A stretch of 45,302 bases of DNA, from NCBI GenBank assembly GCA_937885235.1, contig CAKZZK010000047.1, positions 1 to 45,302 of the forward strand. Reading direction: 5' to 3'. The notes beneath the pieces are model-generated. The model did not search any database and had not been told where the DNA came from. It saw nothing but the letters and a program-made list of their open reading frames with translations. Below are positions 45,295 through 45,302 of the stretch, in pieces (positions within the stretch are counted from its first letter, which is position 1; each line of letters opens with the position of its first letter). This stretch comes from an uncultured Treponema sp. (lineage in GTDB: Bacteria > Spirochaetota > Spirochaetia > Treponematales > Treponemataceae). Both the position numbers and the translations under genes were made by a program.

Positions 45295-45302
45295 AAATAA
45301 AG

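Overview
45.3-kb bacterial chromosomal contig, most likely from a gut or rumen Treponema-like spirochaete. This is inferred from the archaeal-type PheT, the MMPL/LolA-like/outer-membrane-protein trio, the spirochaetal lipoproteins and the DUF4469-like HU protein. Bases 1-27 are Illumina adapter. The window holds housekeeping genes (pgsA, rsgA, recQ, argA, queH, pheT, cobB, pyk, hisG), an ArsR-linked envelope transport operon, a SNF2 helicase plus partner, three XRE regulators, surface or secreted proteins, several gene remnants and frameshifts, and a 711-bp internally deleted IS66-family element. The most notable signals are non-coding. (1) A perfect parS site in an AT-rich tract with DnaA-box-like 9-mers, plus a second DnaA-box cluster 6 kb away, with no dnaA in the window. 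(2) Three five-unit arrays with a 22-bp period; two share TAAAAC-N5-GTTTTA-N5 and one of those lies upstream of the HU-like gene. (3) A 26-bp operator-like motif in three copies that defines a probable ArsR regulon. (4) Sigma70-type promoters 5-8 nt from the start codon at about eight genes, implying widespread leaderless translation. (5) A promoter-bounded ~90-nt candidate sRNA. No rRNA, tRNA, CRISPR array or phage genes were recognised. All calls come from motif reading only; no searches were run.
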